Shown here in pieces: positions 38,301 through 50,205 of a stretch of 64,000 nucleotides of DNA; the stretch's first letter is position 1, and every line of letters starts with the position of its first letter. A program made the position numbers and the translations under genes. The notes below the pieces were generated by a model, which was not told where the DNA came from, did no database searches, and saw nothing but the letters and a program-made list of their open reading frames with translations. This DNA is from Mobula hypostoma (taxonomy: Eukaryota), in contig NC_086109.1 in NCBI RefSeq assembly GCF_963921235.1, forward strand, positions 4,714,001 to 4,778,000, read 5' to 3'.

Positions 38301-39173
38301 TTTAAAAGTGTCCCAAAGAGTGTTAACCGAAATATCTTCTGTATGGTTAATTGTAAAAAAAAGCTCAATCTGTTCATTCATAAAATTAACAAAGTCCGAG
38401 TCCTGAAGCAACAGCGAATTAAAACGCCATTGTCTATTATTTGGTATATTGGCCATAATTTTAATAGAAAGCTTAAGTGGAGCATGATCCGAAATGGTTA
38501 TAGAATCATAATCACACTTAATCACTGAAGGAATAAGACGAGAATCAATAAAAAAATAATCAATTCTTGAATAGGAATGATGAACATGTGAAAAAAAGGA
38601 AAAATCTTTTTCCTGAGGATGCAGAAAACGCCAAATGTCCGTCGACCCAGAATCAGAAAGGAAAAAATTAATCAAATTTGCAGATTTATTGGGTAAGGTC
38701 CGTAAAGGAGCCGAACGGTCCAAAGCTGGAGACAAACAGGTATTAAGATCTCCGCCCCAGATCAATGAAAACTCGTTCAAATTCGGAAACTGATTAAACA
38801 ATGATTTATAAAATTCCGGACAATCCATATTAGGAGCATAAACATTAACCAAAACTACTTTTTTATTAAATAGTAAACCACTAACCGATAAAAATCTACC
38901 ATTCGGATCAGAAATAATATCCTGTTGTATAAAAGTAACTGAGGAATCAATAAAAATAGAGACGCCTCGAATCTTAGCATTGGAGTTCGAATGAAATTGT
39001 TGTTCCTTCCAGAATTTGAAAAAACGTAGTCTGTCCCCCCTCCGTACATGGGTCTCTTGTAAAAATAAAATTTGTGCTTTAAGTCTCCGGAGCACTTTAA
39101 AAACTTTTTTCCTTTTAATAGGATGATTAAGACCGTTAGTATTCCAGGAGACAAAATTAATAATAGACTCCAT
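35400..39173 (-). CDS. L1 ORF2p (EN-RT-Cys-rich, about 1257 aa from the ATG at 39173)
   Basis: SWNTNGL, LQETH, GGDLN, SDH; KAPGPDGF, LDAEKAFD, RQGCPLSP, LYADD; CDRC...HMFWSC; uninterrupted frame. Confidence 0.95.
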   Translation of the reverse strand: MESIINFVSWNTNGLNHPIKRKKVFKVLRRLKAQILFLQETHVRRGDRLRFFKFWKEQQFHSNSNAKIRGVSIFIDSSVTFIQQDIISDPNGRFLSVSGLLFNKKVVLVNVYAPNMDCPEFYKSLFNQFPNLNEFSLIWGGDLNTCLSPALDRSAPLRTLPNKSANLINFFLSDSGSTDIWRFLHPQEKDFSFFSHVHHSYSRIDYFFIDSRLIPSVIKCDYDSITISDHAPLKLSIKIMANIPNNRQWRFNSLLLQDSDFVNFMNEQIELFFTINHTEDISVNTLWDTFKAYIRGQIISYSAALRKKQKQEETAIVDKIKEIDKKYVMAPSEELYKQRTELQMEHSLLLSSSIVNQLKKTRSDFYVHSDKIGKLLANQLKSNYVKSQINQIYNQNDRLILDHVGINQTFCDFYSSLYQSESPRDSKYMNDFLDKLDFPQISQDMSLLDTSITMDEIKNVIFSMNLGKAPGPDGFTVEFYKCFASLLIPWLCRVFEASLKLGKLPESFNRASISLILKKDKDPAQCASYRPISLLNVDSKVFSKLLANRLEKVLPSIISEDQTGFIKGHYSFYNIRTLLNIVYTPSQNVPECVISLDAEKAFDRVEWPYLFKVLEMFNFSLKFISWIKLLYHSPVASVCTNSLNSPFFPLFRGTRQGCPLSPLLFDIALEPLAIAIRESSNITGITRGLKSHKLSLYADDLLLYISNPEKSIPAVLELLAQFGFFSGYKLNLSKSELFPINKHLPLYYKFPFKLINNYFSYLGIKITCKYKDLFKINFLPLIDHITQLSSKWFPLYLTLIGRINAVKMFFLPKFLYVFQALPIFVPKSFFDKVDSKISSFIWQNKNPRLGKIHLQKAKRDGGLALPNFRFYYWAINIRHMKFWLLDQDILSIPKWVALELQSVQGYTLGSILGSSLPFDSKRLKQVSNPIVKYALRIWFQFRKFFDLNQFGLAIPILGNIFFPPSFTDRAFQTWKTKGILRFLDLFLDGSLMSFEQLSNKYNLSRIHFFRYLQVRNFLSTILSSFPMLPPTYILDSIINLNPCQKGASAMIYNIIMKLRKAPFDKIRVDWEQELGLTISVDDWGQILQLVNTSSICAKHSLIQFKVVPRAHMSKDKLARFYSHINPFCDRCSGQIASLTHMFWSCPTLETFWRDIFNIISKVLNIDISPHPITAIFGLPKISSNLSPSARRMIAFLTLMAKRCILQHWKELNAPTTFFWFSQTILCLNLEKIRSNLYESSFKFEQIWGPFIRYFHLM

Positions 39174-39887
39174 AAATCCTAAAGTCAACCCACAACAAGG
39201 AGGATTGACGATAGGCGCGACCCACAAACCCGGAGAGGAAACAGAACATACGAAAGATACCGGGAAAAAGGACGCAACCAGTACTTCAATAATGTATATA
39301 GCCCAAAGAGAAACAAACTAAAACGTGAAGCCCCTCCCACCACCCCCGCCCCAAGACCCCAAGGCAAAATCTAAAGCAGACCCGCCCGAAAGAAGCAAGC
39401 GCTAAAACTACCCCCATGACTTCCGGTATACGCTCCCTAAAAAAAAAGTATAAATATGAAAAAGATCAGCTAATTGTAAAAAAAGTAAAAAAAAAGGTAG
39501 CTCAATTAAAATACACACAGAACAGAACAAAAGCCAGAAAATATATATTAAAAAAAAACCACAATAAACCCCAAACCCATAAATAAACACAGCAACAAAA
39601 AAAAAATAAGATTATTGACGTAAAGTGGTTATAAAAAGCAAAACAGAATAAAATTTTAAAAAAACTACAAAATTTAAGGCCACACAGGAAATACGTAAAA
39701 TGACAAACAGGAAATAACCACCCAGAATCCCCTGGGAAAAGAAAAAAATGACGCAGTTGAAAAGAAAGTTTAGCAACCATATTAAGAAATCAAAAATAAA
39801 CTTTTCTGCCCAAATAGGGCATGAAAAAGTTAAAACCAACCAATTCACAGCCTCCGATCAACGGAGATGATTAAAAAAAAATAGCAA

Positions 39888-40787
39888 TTAAGATGTTGAA
39901 GGTGAAAATTGATCCAGATAACTCTGGGCATCCGATGGAGAATCAAAAAAACGAAGGGCTCCATCTGACATGCGAATCCTTAGACGTGCAGGGTACAGCA
40001 GCGCTGGTCTTAAATCCATCTTATAGAATTCCGACATCACAGATCTGTAGTGAACCCGTTGGTCCCAGATTGGTTTACTGAAATCTTCCACGAATCGGAA
40101 CCTAAGATCCGAAAAATCGATGAAACCTTTAGATTGAGCGAATCGAAACAGTCTCTCCTTGTCTTGAAAGTAATGAAAACGTAAAATAACATGCCTAGGT
40201 CTATCTGACCTAGACGAGTATGATGGGATTCTGTGAACACGATCCAGTAGCGGTGGTTGGTCAGGAAATACAGTAGGGAATGCATCTTTTAAAAGTTGAG
40301 AGAAATACTTCATGGGGTTGTTAGATTCTACAGCTTCCCGCACCCCAATCATTCGTAAATTCTGCCGACGCATCCTAGATTCCAAGTCAGAGTTTTTAAA
40401 AGTCAGAAAGTCAAGTTTCTTCTTCATTACATTAATTGTTTCTTCGATTTTCCCCATCTTAAGCTCACTTTGTTGCGCGAATTTTTGAAGATCAGATATA
40501 GCCGACTGATGTTCCGCAATAAATGTTTGCATCTTATCAATTGAATCGGCAATTTTCTGAAGATTAGTTGAGATTTCCGTATGAATCAAGTCTTTAACAG
40601 AGTCTGCAATTTCCGTACGAATCACCTCCCTAACAGAGGTTGAAATTTCCCTCTGAATTAACTCCGATATAGCTTTCAAAGTCACCGGTGATTCAGTCGG
40701 GAGGAGATCCGTAGCTTTCGGTTTAACCGGAGGTTTACCATCCTTGCCGTTTTTCCCGTTCTTAGACATAGCAGATCTAAGTTCCAT
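39888..40787 (-). CDS. L1 ORF1p (299 aa)
   Basis: Coiled-coil followed by DLESRMRRQNLRMIGV, LDRVHR and LLYPARLRI motifs. Confidence 0.93.
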   Translation of the reverse strand: MELRSAMSKNGKNGKDGKPPVKPKATDLLPTESPVTLKAISELIQREISTSVREVIRTEIADSVKDLIHTEISTNLQKIADSIDKMQTFIAEHQSAISDLQKFAQQSELKMGKIEETINVMKKKLDFLTFKNSDLESRMRRQNLRMIGVREAVESNNPMKYFSQLLKDAFPTVFPDQPPLLDRVHRIPSYSSRSDRPRHVILRFHYFQDKERLFRFAQSKGFIDFSDLRFRFVEDFSKPIWDQRVHYRSVMSEFYKMDLRPALLYPARLRIRMSDGALRFFDSPSDAQSYLDQFSPSTS

Positions 40788-42433
40788 CCAGTTGTCGGAG
40801 AATTCAGTTTAATTCAAAGTATTGTAAGAGTTGATGCCTTAATGGTTAATTAAAGTATAGCTGACCATAGAGAAAAAACTCAGAGGTAATGGAGCGAGTC
40901 AAGAACGCGACTTCACTCCATGAGCGCTACCGGAAGTCCCCCAAGAATCTATCAACCTCTACCTTAATTATACTTAATGACGGCCTCCACAGCCGCATGT
41001 GGCAACATAAGGTGCTTGGAAGAAGGTACAGAGGAGATGTCAGGGGTAAGTTTTTTTATGCAGAGAGTGGTGAGTGTGTGGAAAGGGCTGCTGGCAACGG
41101 TGGAGGAGGCAGAAACGATGGGGGCTTTTAAGAGACTCCTGGATACTGTAGGTACATGGAGCTTAGAAAAACTAAGGCTATGGGTAACCCTAGGTAATTT
41201 CTATAGTATGGACATGTTTGGCACAGCTTTGTTGACTGAAGGCTTTCTATGTTTCTATGAATTCCACAGACTCACCACTCTCTGGCTAAAGAAATTCCTC
41301 GTCATTTCCATTCTAAACGGACATCCCTATATTCTGAGGCCATGTCCTCTGGTCTTAGACTCCCCCACCACAGGAAACATCCTCTGCACATCCACTCTAC
41401 TGAGGCTTTTTAACATTTGATAGGTTTCAATGAGGTCACCTTTTGTTCTTCTAATGGTCACAGGGAGGTATACACTTCACACAAACAGCACTGAAGGTTG
41501 GTGCTGAAGACATCTCTGTAGCTGTGGACAGGTTGTTTTTTTAAATAAAAATCATTTGAATTAAACATCTAAATTACTGAAATTAACTGTTACTAGTTAT
41601 ATTGATAGCTTTCCATTTGGTAGAAGTGAGCAAAGTAGTAAAATATACTGTAGTTGCCAGTTACAAAGAAGGCATGACAGCGGCTATTTCATTAGGAGTT
41701 TGAGGAGATTTGGTATGTCACCAAAGACAATAGCAAATTTCTACATTTGTACTGTGGAGAGCATTCTAACTGGCTGCATCACCGTCTGGGGTGGGGCACT
41801 GCACAGGATCAAAAGAAGCTGCATGAAGTTATAAACTCAGTCAGCTCCACCATGGGCACTAGCCTCCATAGTATCCAGGACATCTTCAAGGAGCGATGTC
41901 TCAAATGGCGGCAGCTATCATTAAGGACCCCCATTATGCCCCTGTTTTCATTGCTACCATCAGGAAGGAGGTACAGAAGCCTGAAGACACACAGTCAATG
42001 ATTCAGGAACAGCTTCTTCCCCTCTACCATCAGATTTCTGAATGGACATTGAACCCATGAACACTGCCTCACTACTTTTTTTCCTCTTTTTGCTTTACCT
42101 ACTTAATTCAACTTTTTAAATATTTATATGTACTTCAATTTACTGTTTATTTTATGTATTGCACTGTCCTGCTGCTGCATTAAAAAAAATTCATGACATA
42201 TGCCAGTGATACTAAATGGGATTCTGATTATCTAAAAGTGCTAGTTATCACACACTACTGATTCTTCACCCTCTGAAATGCTGTGTCTGCAGACAATTAA
42301 GGTTTCATTACACTTTGTATACAAAATAATGACAAAAGTGCTGTGGAAAAACTACCCAATGTAATACTTCAAGAGTTGTTATGAACAGACATTCAACATG
42401 TTCAGTTTGCCTTGTGTTGCTGTTCGTGCACGA

Positions 42434-42498
42434 TCAGTCATGAATGAACACAGGATATATTGTCAGAGTGAGGATGAGGAACAGCATATATTGATATC
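42434..42498 (-). CDS. Gene B last coding exon, hydrophobic GPI-anchor-signal-like tail (CD55-like)
   Basis: Strong acceptor tttcttttctctctcacttag|, phase 1. Encodes (G)YQYMLFLILTLTIYPVFIHD* with no cytoplasmic tail. Confidence 0.7.
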
Positions 42499-42669
42499 CT
42501 AAGTGAGAGAGAAAAGAAATTAAACAAATGGATTTTTAACAGGGGAGCACCAGCACTAGAGATGGAAAACCAATGTTAAAATGATTGAGACTTAGTTAAT
42601 TGTTCAAAGATTCAGAGTACAAAGTATGTATAATCCATATAACAGAAACATCTTTCATGTTAGTTTGTT

Positions 42670-43000
42670 CATTATGATGTAGGCGATCACGGTCTTTCCA
42701 TGATCATGATTGTTCTTGGCAAACTTTTCTACAGAAGTGGTTTGCCACTGCCTTCTTCTGGGCAGTGCCTTTACAAGATGGGTGAGTCAATACTCTTCAG
42801 AGGTTGTCCGCCTGGCGTCAGTGGTCACATAACCTGGACATGTGACATGTACCAGCTGCTCATACGACCATCCACCATTTGCTCCATGGCTTCACCTGAC
42901 CCGGGTGACTAAGCCAGTGCTACACCTTGCCCAAGGCTAACGGATGGAAGGAGCACCTTACACCTCCTTTGGTAGAGATGTATCGCCACCCGGCCACCCA
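42670..43000 (-). mobile_element. Short SINE-like element, same family as 58288-58570
   Basis: Reverse complement shares TCTACCAAAGGAGGTGTAAGG..CTCCTT and CAAGGTGTAGCAC blocks with 58310-58390. Confidence 0.65.
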
Positions 43001-45523
43001 ATTTTCATGTCAGTACAAAATCAGATGTCATCAGTAATAGCTAACTCATTGGCAAAAAATTCATCACAAGCAGTCACACTGGTTTTAGATGATTCGTACT
43101 CATACAACCCCAGCAATTCAAAGAATCATGGAAAACTGGAACTGGACTGTTAAATTTGTGTCAGGAGCATTGATAATACGGTATAGCATTAAAGATGTCA
43201 ATAGTGATGCAAAAATATAGTTGTTTCATAGAACAGTATTACACAGGAACAGGCCCGTCAGCCCACAATGTTGCATCAAACTAATTAGATTAGTAATCAG
43301 CACAAAAGTGCAATTGCGAAGAAAGCATGGCAGTGCCTCTACTTCCTTAGCAGTTTGCGGAGGTTCATCATGACATCTAAATATTTCACAAACTTCTGTA
43401 GATGTGTAGGGGAGGATATATTGACTGGCTGCATCATGCACCAATGCCCTTAAATGGAAAATCCTACAAAAAGAAGAGGATTTGGCCGAGTACATGACGG
43501 GTAAAACCCTCCCCACCATTGAGAACATCTACATGAAACACTGCTGTAGGAAAGCAGCACCCATCGTCAGAGATCCCCACCACCCAGAGCATGCTCTCTT
43601 CTCGCTGCTGCCATCAGATAGAAGGTAGAAGACTCACACCACCAGGTTCAGGAACAGTTACCACCCCTCAACCATCAGGCTCTTGAATAAAAAAAAAGGG
43701 ATAACTACACTCAATTTCACTTGCCCCTTTACTGAAATATTCACACAACCAATGATCACACTTTCAAGGACCCTTTATCTCATTGTCCCATATTCTCGTT
43801 ATTTATTGCTATTTATTTATATTTGCATTTGCACAGTTTCTTGCTTTTTGCACTCTGGTTGATCGTTCATTGATCCTGTACATTCAAAAACCTCCTGAAC
43901 ATCCCTATTGTGTTTGCCGCCACCACCACCCCTGACAGGGCATTCCTGCCACCCACCACTCTCTGTGTAAAAGAAAAACCTTGCCCCGCACATCTCCTTT
44001 GAAGTAACCCCCTCTCTTGGTTTAATTGCATGCTCTCAGTGTTAGAGCAACACACACAAAATGTTCGAGGAACTCAGCTAGTCAGGCAGCATCTGTGGAA
44101 GGGAATAGACAGTTGATGTTTCTGGCCCAGCCCCTCCATCAGGACTTTAGTCATAGAATCATAGAAAAGTGCAAAGACAAAAACAGACCCTTCAGGCCAT
44201 CAAGCCCTTGCCAAACCTTTTAAACTGCCTACTCCTATCAACCTGCACCAGGACCATAGCCCTCCATACCCCTACCATCCATATACCTATCCAAACTTCT
44301 CTTAAACATTGAAATCAAGCTTACATGCACCTCATTCCACACCCTCGTGACCCCTAGTGAGGTTTCCCCTCATGTTCCCCTTAAACTTTTCACCTTTCAC
44401 CCTTAACCCTTGACCTCTGGTTGTAGTCCCTCCCAGCCTCAGTGGAAAAAGCCTGCTTGCATTTACCCTATCTATACCCCTCATAATTTTGTATACCTCT
44501 ATCAAATCTCCTCTCACTCTTCTACATTTGAAGGAATGAAGCCCTAACCTATTCAATGCAACACACACAAAATGCTGGAGGAATTCAGCGGGCCAGGCAG
44601 CATCTATGGCAAGGAATAAACAGTCGACGTTTTGAGCCGTGACCTTTCATCAGGACCCTCACAGATGCTGCCTGGCCTGCTGAGTTCCTTCATCATCTTG
44701 TGTATGTTGCTTTGGATTTCCAGCACCTGCAGAATTTCTCACATTTGAAATCCTAACCTATTCAAATCTTTCCTTATAGTATTAGATGTGGTTTGTAATT
44801 AGACATCTCATGGTAAAAGTATTTATTTTATTATATGTGTAGGAGGTAAACAAGCAGTGATGGTTCACTGAGGAGATGGAATAGATTCAACACTCCTAAA
44901 TCTGGCCCCATTGCCCAGCTCCTTTGGGATTTTAGGCCTAATATTCAAATAGACTGCAACGTAACAAATCCATCTCCCAATGTTAACAAAGAAGCTGACA
45001 TTCATTTCACTGGACGTGAGTGCTGTATTTAAGATAATGACAGAGGTTCCAGTAAGGCTCAGGAAAAGAGAGGGGACTTTTAATATAATTTTAAACAAAG
45101 GACCATGCAATCTTGGATTGAATACGATGATGGGCCAGGTCCAAGAGCAAGGCACGACCTGAGGTTTGGACGATTTAAGTGCCAGGCCAGATTGAAAAGT
45201 TCAGGGTGTCAGGACCAGAAGCGAGGGATGGGCCAGTTCAGCTCACTGCTCCATGAGGTTTACTCATCTCTGTGCTGAACTGAGGCTGTGGTCTGCAACT
45301 AACCGGCTACTGGATCAGCTGCAGTGATGACTGGCTTCATGACTGTAGACTTATTTTTGTGAACTTCAGTTGTTTGCGCGATTTGCTTTTTTTGCCCTGC
45401 ACACTGGGTGTTTGATGGGTTTTTTTTCTTTTAAATGGATTGTATTGGGTTTCTTTGTTTTGTGGCTGCCTGTAAGGAGACAAATCTGAAGGCTGTGCAT
45501 AGTATACATACTTTGATAGTAAA

Positions 45524-46005
45524 TGATAGAAAAAGACCAAGTACTCTGAACTGGCAACTGAAGCTGCCCAGAACGGCTGGAAAACCAAGATTTTCCCTGT
45601 CGAAGTGGGATGCAGGGATTCGTTGCTCCATCTGCGACCAGTCCATTGAAGAAGATGGGGGTGAGGGTTATTCACTCCAACAAGCAATCAAGTCCTTGTC
45701 AAATGCAGCAGAAGAAAGCAGTAATTGGATTTCGATTGACAGGAAAGACAACAACTGGGCTGCAAGATGAAGACAGGAGGGTATGGAACTGAGGGGGCGG
45801 GGGTGTATCTGGGTCACCAGGTAGCACCATGAGCCCTCTGGAGACGTCGTGGGCTTTTCAATGAAACGTCAAAGAAGGAGGGTGCCCATCTAATGACCCT
45901 GATGAGGTATCTACCCTTCTTGTCACCACTCCAAGCCCACTACCAACATCGAGAGTGCCGACTTATCATAGGGGTTGAAACATCAAGTCCTATTAGCTCT
46001 ACTGA
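45524..46005 (+). mobile_element. 3' fragment of a restriction-like-endonuclease non-LTR retrotransposon (HERO/R2-type)
   Basis: Frameshifted KKTKYSELA...GWKTKIFPVEVGC..GFVA...AIKSLSNAAEESSNWI C-terminus, then a structured 3' UTR. Confidence 0.7.
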
Positions 46006-46653
46006 CTTTGAATGGACTTCTACTTAAACTTCTTCAGGGCAGGCACAAATTGAAGAGACTTTACACTGTAGGAAATCATCAACACAAGAGATTCTGCTGA
46101 TGTTCGAAATCCAGAGTAACACACACACAGTTTGGGAGGAACTCAGCAGTTCAGGCAGCATCTACGGACGGGAATGAACAGTCAACGTTTCAGGCCGAGA
46201 CCCTTTATCAGGACTGGAAAGAAAGGGGGCTCTCAGCTTCTCACTTCATTCCCCCTCCCCCAACCCCCTACCGTTCCTCCTCCCCTGGTTTCACATATCA
46301 CTTGCTGGTTTGTATTCTTTCCCCTCACCCAACCTTTTTACTCTGGCTTCCTCCCCCATTCTTTTCAGTCCTAATGAAGGGTCTTGGCCCAAAACACCAG
46401 TTATTTATTCCCCTCTATACGCTACTTGACCTGCTGAATTTCTCCAGCATTTTGTGTGTATTACTAAGGAATAAAGTGGGGTCAAAGGAATACCATCTGG
46501 CAGGTGATAGGTGAAACCTGGCGAGGGGAAGGTGTGTGGGTGGGGGAGGGGTGGATGAAGTGAAAAACTGGGAGGTTATAGGTGGAAAAAATCAAGGGCT
46601 GAAGAAGGAGGAATCTGAAAGGAGAGGACAGTGGACCATGGGAGAAAGGGGAA

Positions 46654-49600
46654 GAGTGCTACTGGGGAGGCTTGAAACTGGATTTGCAGGAGGATGGGAA
46701 CCAGAGTGCCAGAGCTGACAGTGTGGCTGGGGTGAAAATAAATGATAAAAGTCCAAGCAAATTCACTAATAGAAAGGTTGTGAGTGGTGGTAAAAATCTT
46801 CTGAGGTGTATATATTTCAATGCTAGGAGTATTGCGGGGAAGGCGGATGAGTTGAGGGTGTGAATTGACACGTGGAATTATGACGTTATAGCAATTAGTG
46901 AAACTTGGCTACAGGAGGGGTAGGACTGGCAGCTTAATATTCCGGGGTTCCGATGTTTCAGATGTGATCGAGGCAGAGGAATGAAAGGTGGGGGAGTAGC
47001 ATTGCTTGTTAGGGAAAATATTACAGCAGTGCTCAGGCAGGACAGATTAGAGGGCTTGTCTACAGAGTCCTTATGGGTGGAGCTGAGAAACAGGAAAGGT
47101 ATGGCCACATTACTGGGATTGTATTACAGACCACCCAATAGTCAACGAGAATTGGAAGAGCAAATCTGCAGAGAGATAGCAGGCAACTGCAGGAAACATA
47201 AAGTTGTGGTGGTAGGGGATTTTAATTTTCCATATATTGATTGGGACTCCCAAACTGTTAGGGGTCTAGATGGTTTAGAGTTTGTAAAATGTGTTCAGCA
47301 AAGTTTTCTAAATCAATATATAGAGGGACCAACTAGAGGGGATGCAATATTGGATCTCCTGTTAGGAAACAAGTTAGGACAAGTGACGGAAGTCTGTGTA
47401 GGGGAGCACTTTGGTTCCAGTGATCATAACACCATTAGTTTCAACTTGATCATAGACAAGGATAGATCTGGTCCTAGGGTTGAGGTTCTGAACTGGAAGG
47501 CGGCCAAATTTGAGGAAATGAGAAAGGATCTAAAAAGCGTGGATTGGGATAGGTTGTTCTCTGGCAAGGATGTGATCGGTAGGTGGGAAGCCTTCAAAGG
47601 AGAAATTTTGAGAATGCAGAGTTTGTATATTCCTGTCAGGATTAAAGGCAAATTGAATAGGAATAAGGAACCTTGGTTCTCAAGGGATATTGCAACTCTG
47701 ATAAAGAAGAAGAGGGAGTTGTATGAAATGTATAGGAAACAGGGGGTAAATCAGGTGCTTGAGGAGTATAAGAAGTGCAAGAAAATACTTAAGGAAGAAA
47801 TCAGGAGGGCTAAAAGAAGACATGAGGTTGCCTTGGCAGTCAAAGTGAAGGATAATCCAAAGAGCTTTTACAGGTATATTAAGAGAAAAAGGATTGTAAG
47901 GGATAAAATTGGTCCTCTTGAAGATCAGAGTGGTCGGCTATGTGCGGAACCAAAGGAAATGGGGGCGATCTTAAATAGGTTTTTTGCGTCTGTATTTACT
48001 GAGGAAGCTGGCATGAAGTCTATGGAATTAAGGGAAACAAGTAGTGAGATCGTGGAAACTGTACAGATCGAAAAGGAGGAGGTGCTTGCTGTCTTGAGGA
48101 AAATGAAAGTGGATAAATCCCCGGGACCTGACAGGGTGTTCCCTCGGACCTTGAAGGAGACTAGTGTTGAAATTGCAGGGGCCCTGGCAGAAATATTTAA
48201 AATGTCGCTGTCTACAGGTGAGGTGCCGGAGGATTGGAGAGTGGTTCATGATGTTCCGTTGTTTTAAAAAGGATCGAAAAGTAATTCGGGAAATTATAGG
48301 CCAGTAAGTTTAACGTCGGTAGTAGGTAAGTTATTGGAGGGAGTACAAAGATACAGAATCTACAAGCATTTGGATCGACAGGGACTTATTAGGGAGAGTC
48401 AACATGGCTTTGTGCGTGGTAGGTCATGTTTGACCAACCTATTGGAGTTTTTCGAGGAGGTTACCAGGAAAGTGGATGAAGGGAAGGCAGTGGATACTGT
48501 CTACACGGACTTCAGTAAGGCCTTTGACAAGGTCCCGCATAGGAGGTTAGTTAGGAAAATTCAGTCGTTAGGTATACATGGAGAGGTGGTAAATTGGATT
48601 AGACATTGGCTCAATGGAAGAAGCCAAAGAGTGGGAGTAGAGAATTGCTTCTCCGAGTGGAGGCCTGTGACTAGTGGTGTGCCACAGGGATCAGTGCTGG
48701 GTCCATTGTTATTTGTCATCTATATCAATGATCTGGATGATAATGTGGTAAATTGGATCAGCAAATTTGCTGATGATACAAAGATTGAAGATGTAGTAGA
48801 CAGTGGAGAAGGTTTTCAGAGCTTGCAGAGGGACTTGGACCAGCTGGAAAAATGGGCTGAAAAATGGCAGATGGAGTTTAATACAGACAAGTGTGAGGTA
48901 TTGCACGTTGGAAGGACAAACCAAGGTAGAACATACAGGGTTAATGGTAAGGCACTGAGGAGTGCAGTGGAACAGAGGGATCTGGGAATACAGATACAAA
49001 ATTCCCCAAAAGTGTCGTCACAGGTAGATAGGGTCGTAAAGAGAGCTTTTGGTACATTGGCCTTTATTAATCAAAGTATTGAGTATAAGAGCTGGAATGT
49101 TATGATGAGGTTGTATAAGGCATTGGTGAGGCCGAATCTGGAGTATTGTGTTCAGTTTTGGTCACCAAATTACAGGAAGGATATAAATAAGGTTGAAAGA
49201 GTGCAGAGAAGGTTTACAAGGATGTTGCCGGGGTTTGAGAAACTCAGTTACAGAGAAAGATTGAATAGGTTAGGACTTTATTCCCTGGAGCATAGAAGAA
49301 TGAGGGGAGATTTGATAGAGGTATATAAAATTATGATGGGTATAGATAGAGTGAATGCAAGCAGGCTTTTTCCACTGAGGCAAGGGGAGAAAAAAACCAG
49401 AGGACATGGGTTAAGGCTGAGGGGGGGAAAGTTTAAAGGGAACATTGGGGGGGGGGCTTCTTCACAGAGAGAGTGGTGGGAGTATGGAATGAGCTGCCAG
49501 ACGAGGTGGTAAATGCAGGTTCTTTTTTTAACATTTAAGAATAAATTGGACAGATACATGGATGGGAGGTGTACGGAGGGATATGGTCCGTGTGCAGGTC

Positions 49601-49686
49601 AGTGGGACTAGGCAGAAAATGGTTCGGCACAGCCAAGGAGGGCCAAAAGGCCTGTTTCTGTGCTGTAGTTTCTGTGGTTTCTATGG
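46654..49686 (+). mobile_element. Young CR1 LINE ORF2 with stops (46861, 46921, 48265), inserted in a Penelope-like remnant
   Basis: Highly similar to 15540-18442; EN and RT motifs; TTTCTGTGGTTTCTATGG tail. Confidence 0.95.
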
Positions 49687-50020
49687 TAGTGGAGGTGCGA
49701 GGAGAGAGGGGTAAGAGGGGAGTCAGAATGGAGAATGGAAAAAGAGAGAAGGGGAGGGGGAGAAATTACTGGCAGTTAGAGAAATCCATGTTCACGTCAT
49801 CTGGTCTACTCAAAATGGGCAGTGAGGTCTGTTTTTTTTGCCAAGACAGTTAACGCTTACAGCTCATTTGTTAATGTCAATCACTCACAACAACCAAAAT
49901 TGCTTTTTTAAAAGTGAAGATTTCAGGAAGTGAACAAGATTGCAGTTGAGTAAAACATGTCAACCTTACAAAAATGATTTCACCATATTGTAGATAACAA
50001 TTCTGCAGTATGTTGAAAAT

Positions 50021-50205
50021 GGGGTGTCAGGGAGGGGTAGCACCTCTGGTGGGGGAACATGTCGCGTCCTTTTCAGGGCGGTTGGTCCACCTTTGGTCTC
50101 CACCTGGCACTCAGCTCTCACCTGTGGCTCCCCGTAGCTGTTTGCATGCGACAGCGGCCATACCCTGGGCAACGGCTTCGACAAGCCGGCTAAACCAGGT
50201 GAGGG
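50021..50205 (+). ncRNA. HDV-like self-cleaving ribozyme candidate
   Basis: P1 GGGGTGT/ATACCCT with G1-U wobble; P2 CTCTCACCTG/CAGGTGAGGG; P3 GGC/GCC; P1.1 CC/GG; P4 CGGCTT/AAGCCG; J4/2 G-C-TAA. Confidence 0.65.

Larger units (their letters stand above)
35056..40941 (-). mobile_element. Full-length L1-clade LINE with both ORFs intact
   Basis: 9-bp TSD CAAGAATCT (35047-35055, 40942-40950); 5' end GGGGACTTCCGG; AATAAA plus short A tail; inserted in a CR1 remnant. Confidence 0.96.

Noticed and set aside
49980..50002. Possible alternative last exon of gene B, (E)LLSTIW*
   Set aside because: The acceptor is plausible but the peptide is too short to tell from chance, and an insertion sits in its pyrimidine tract.
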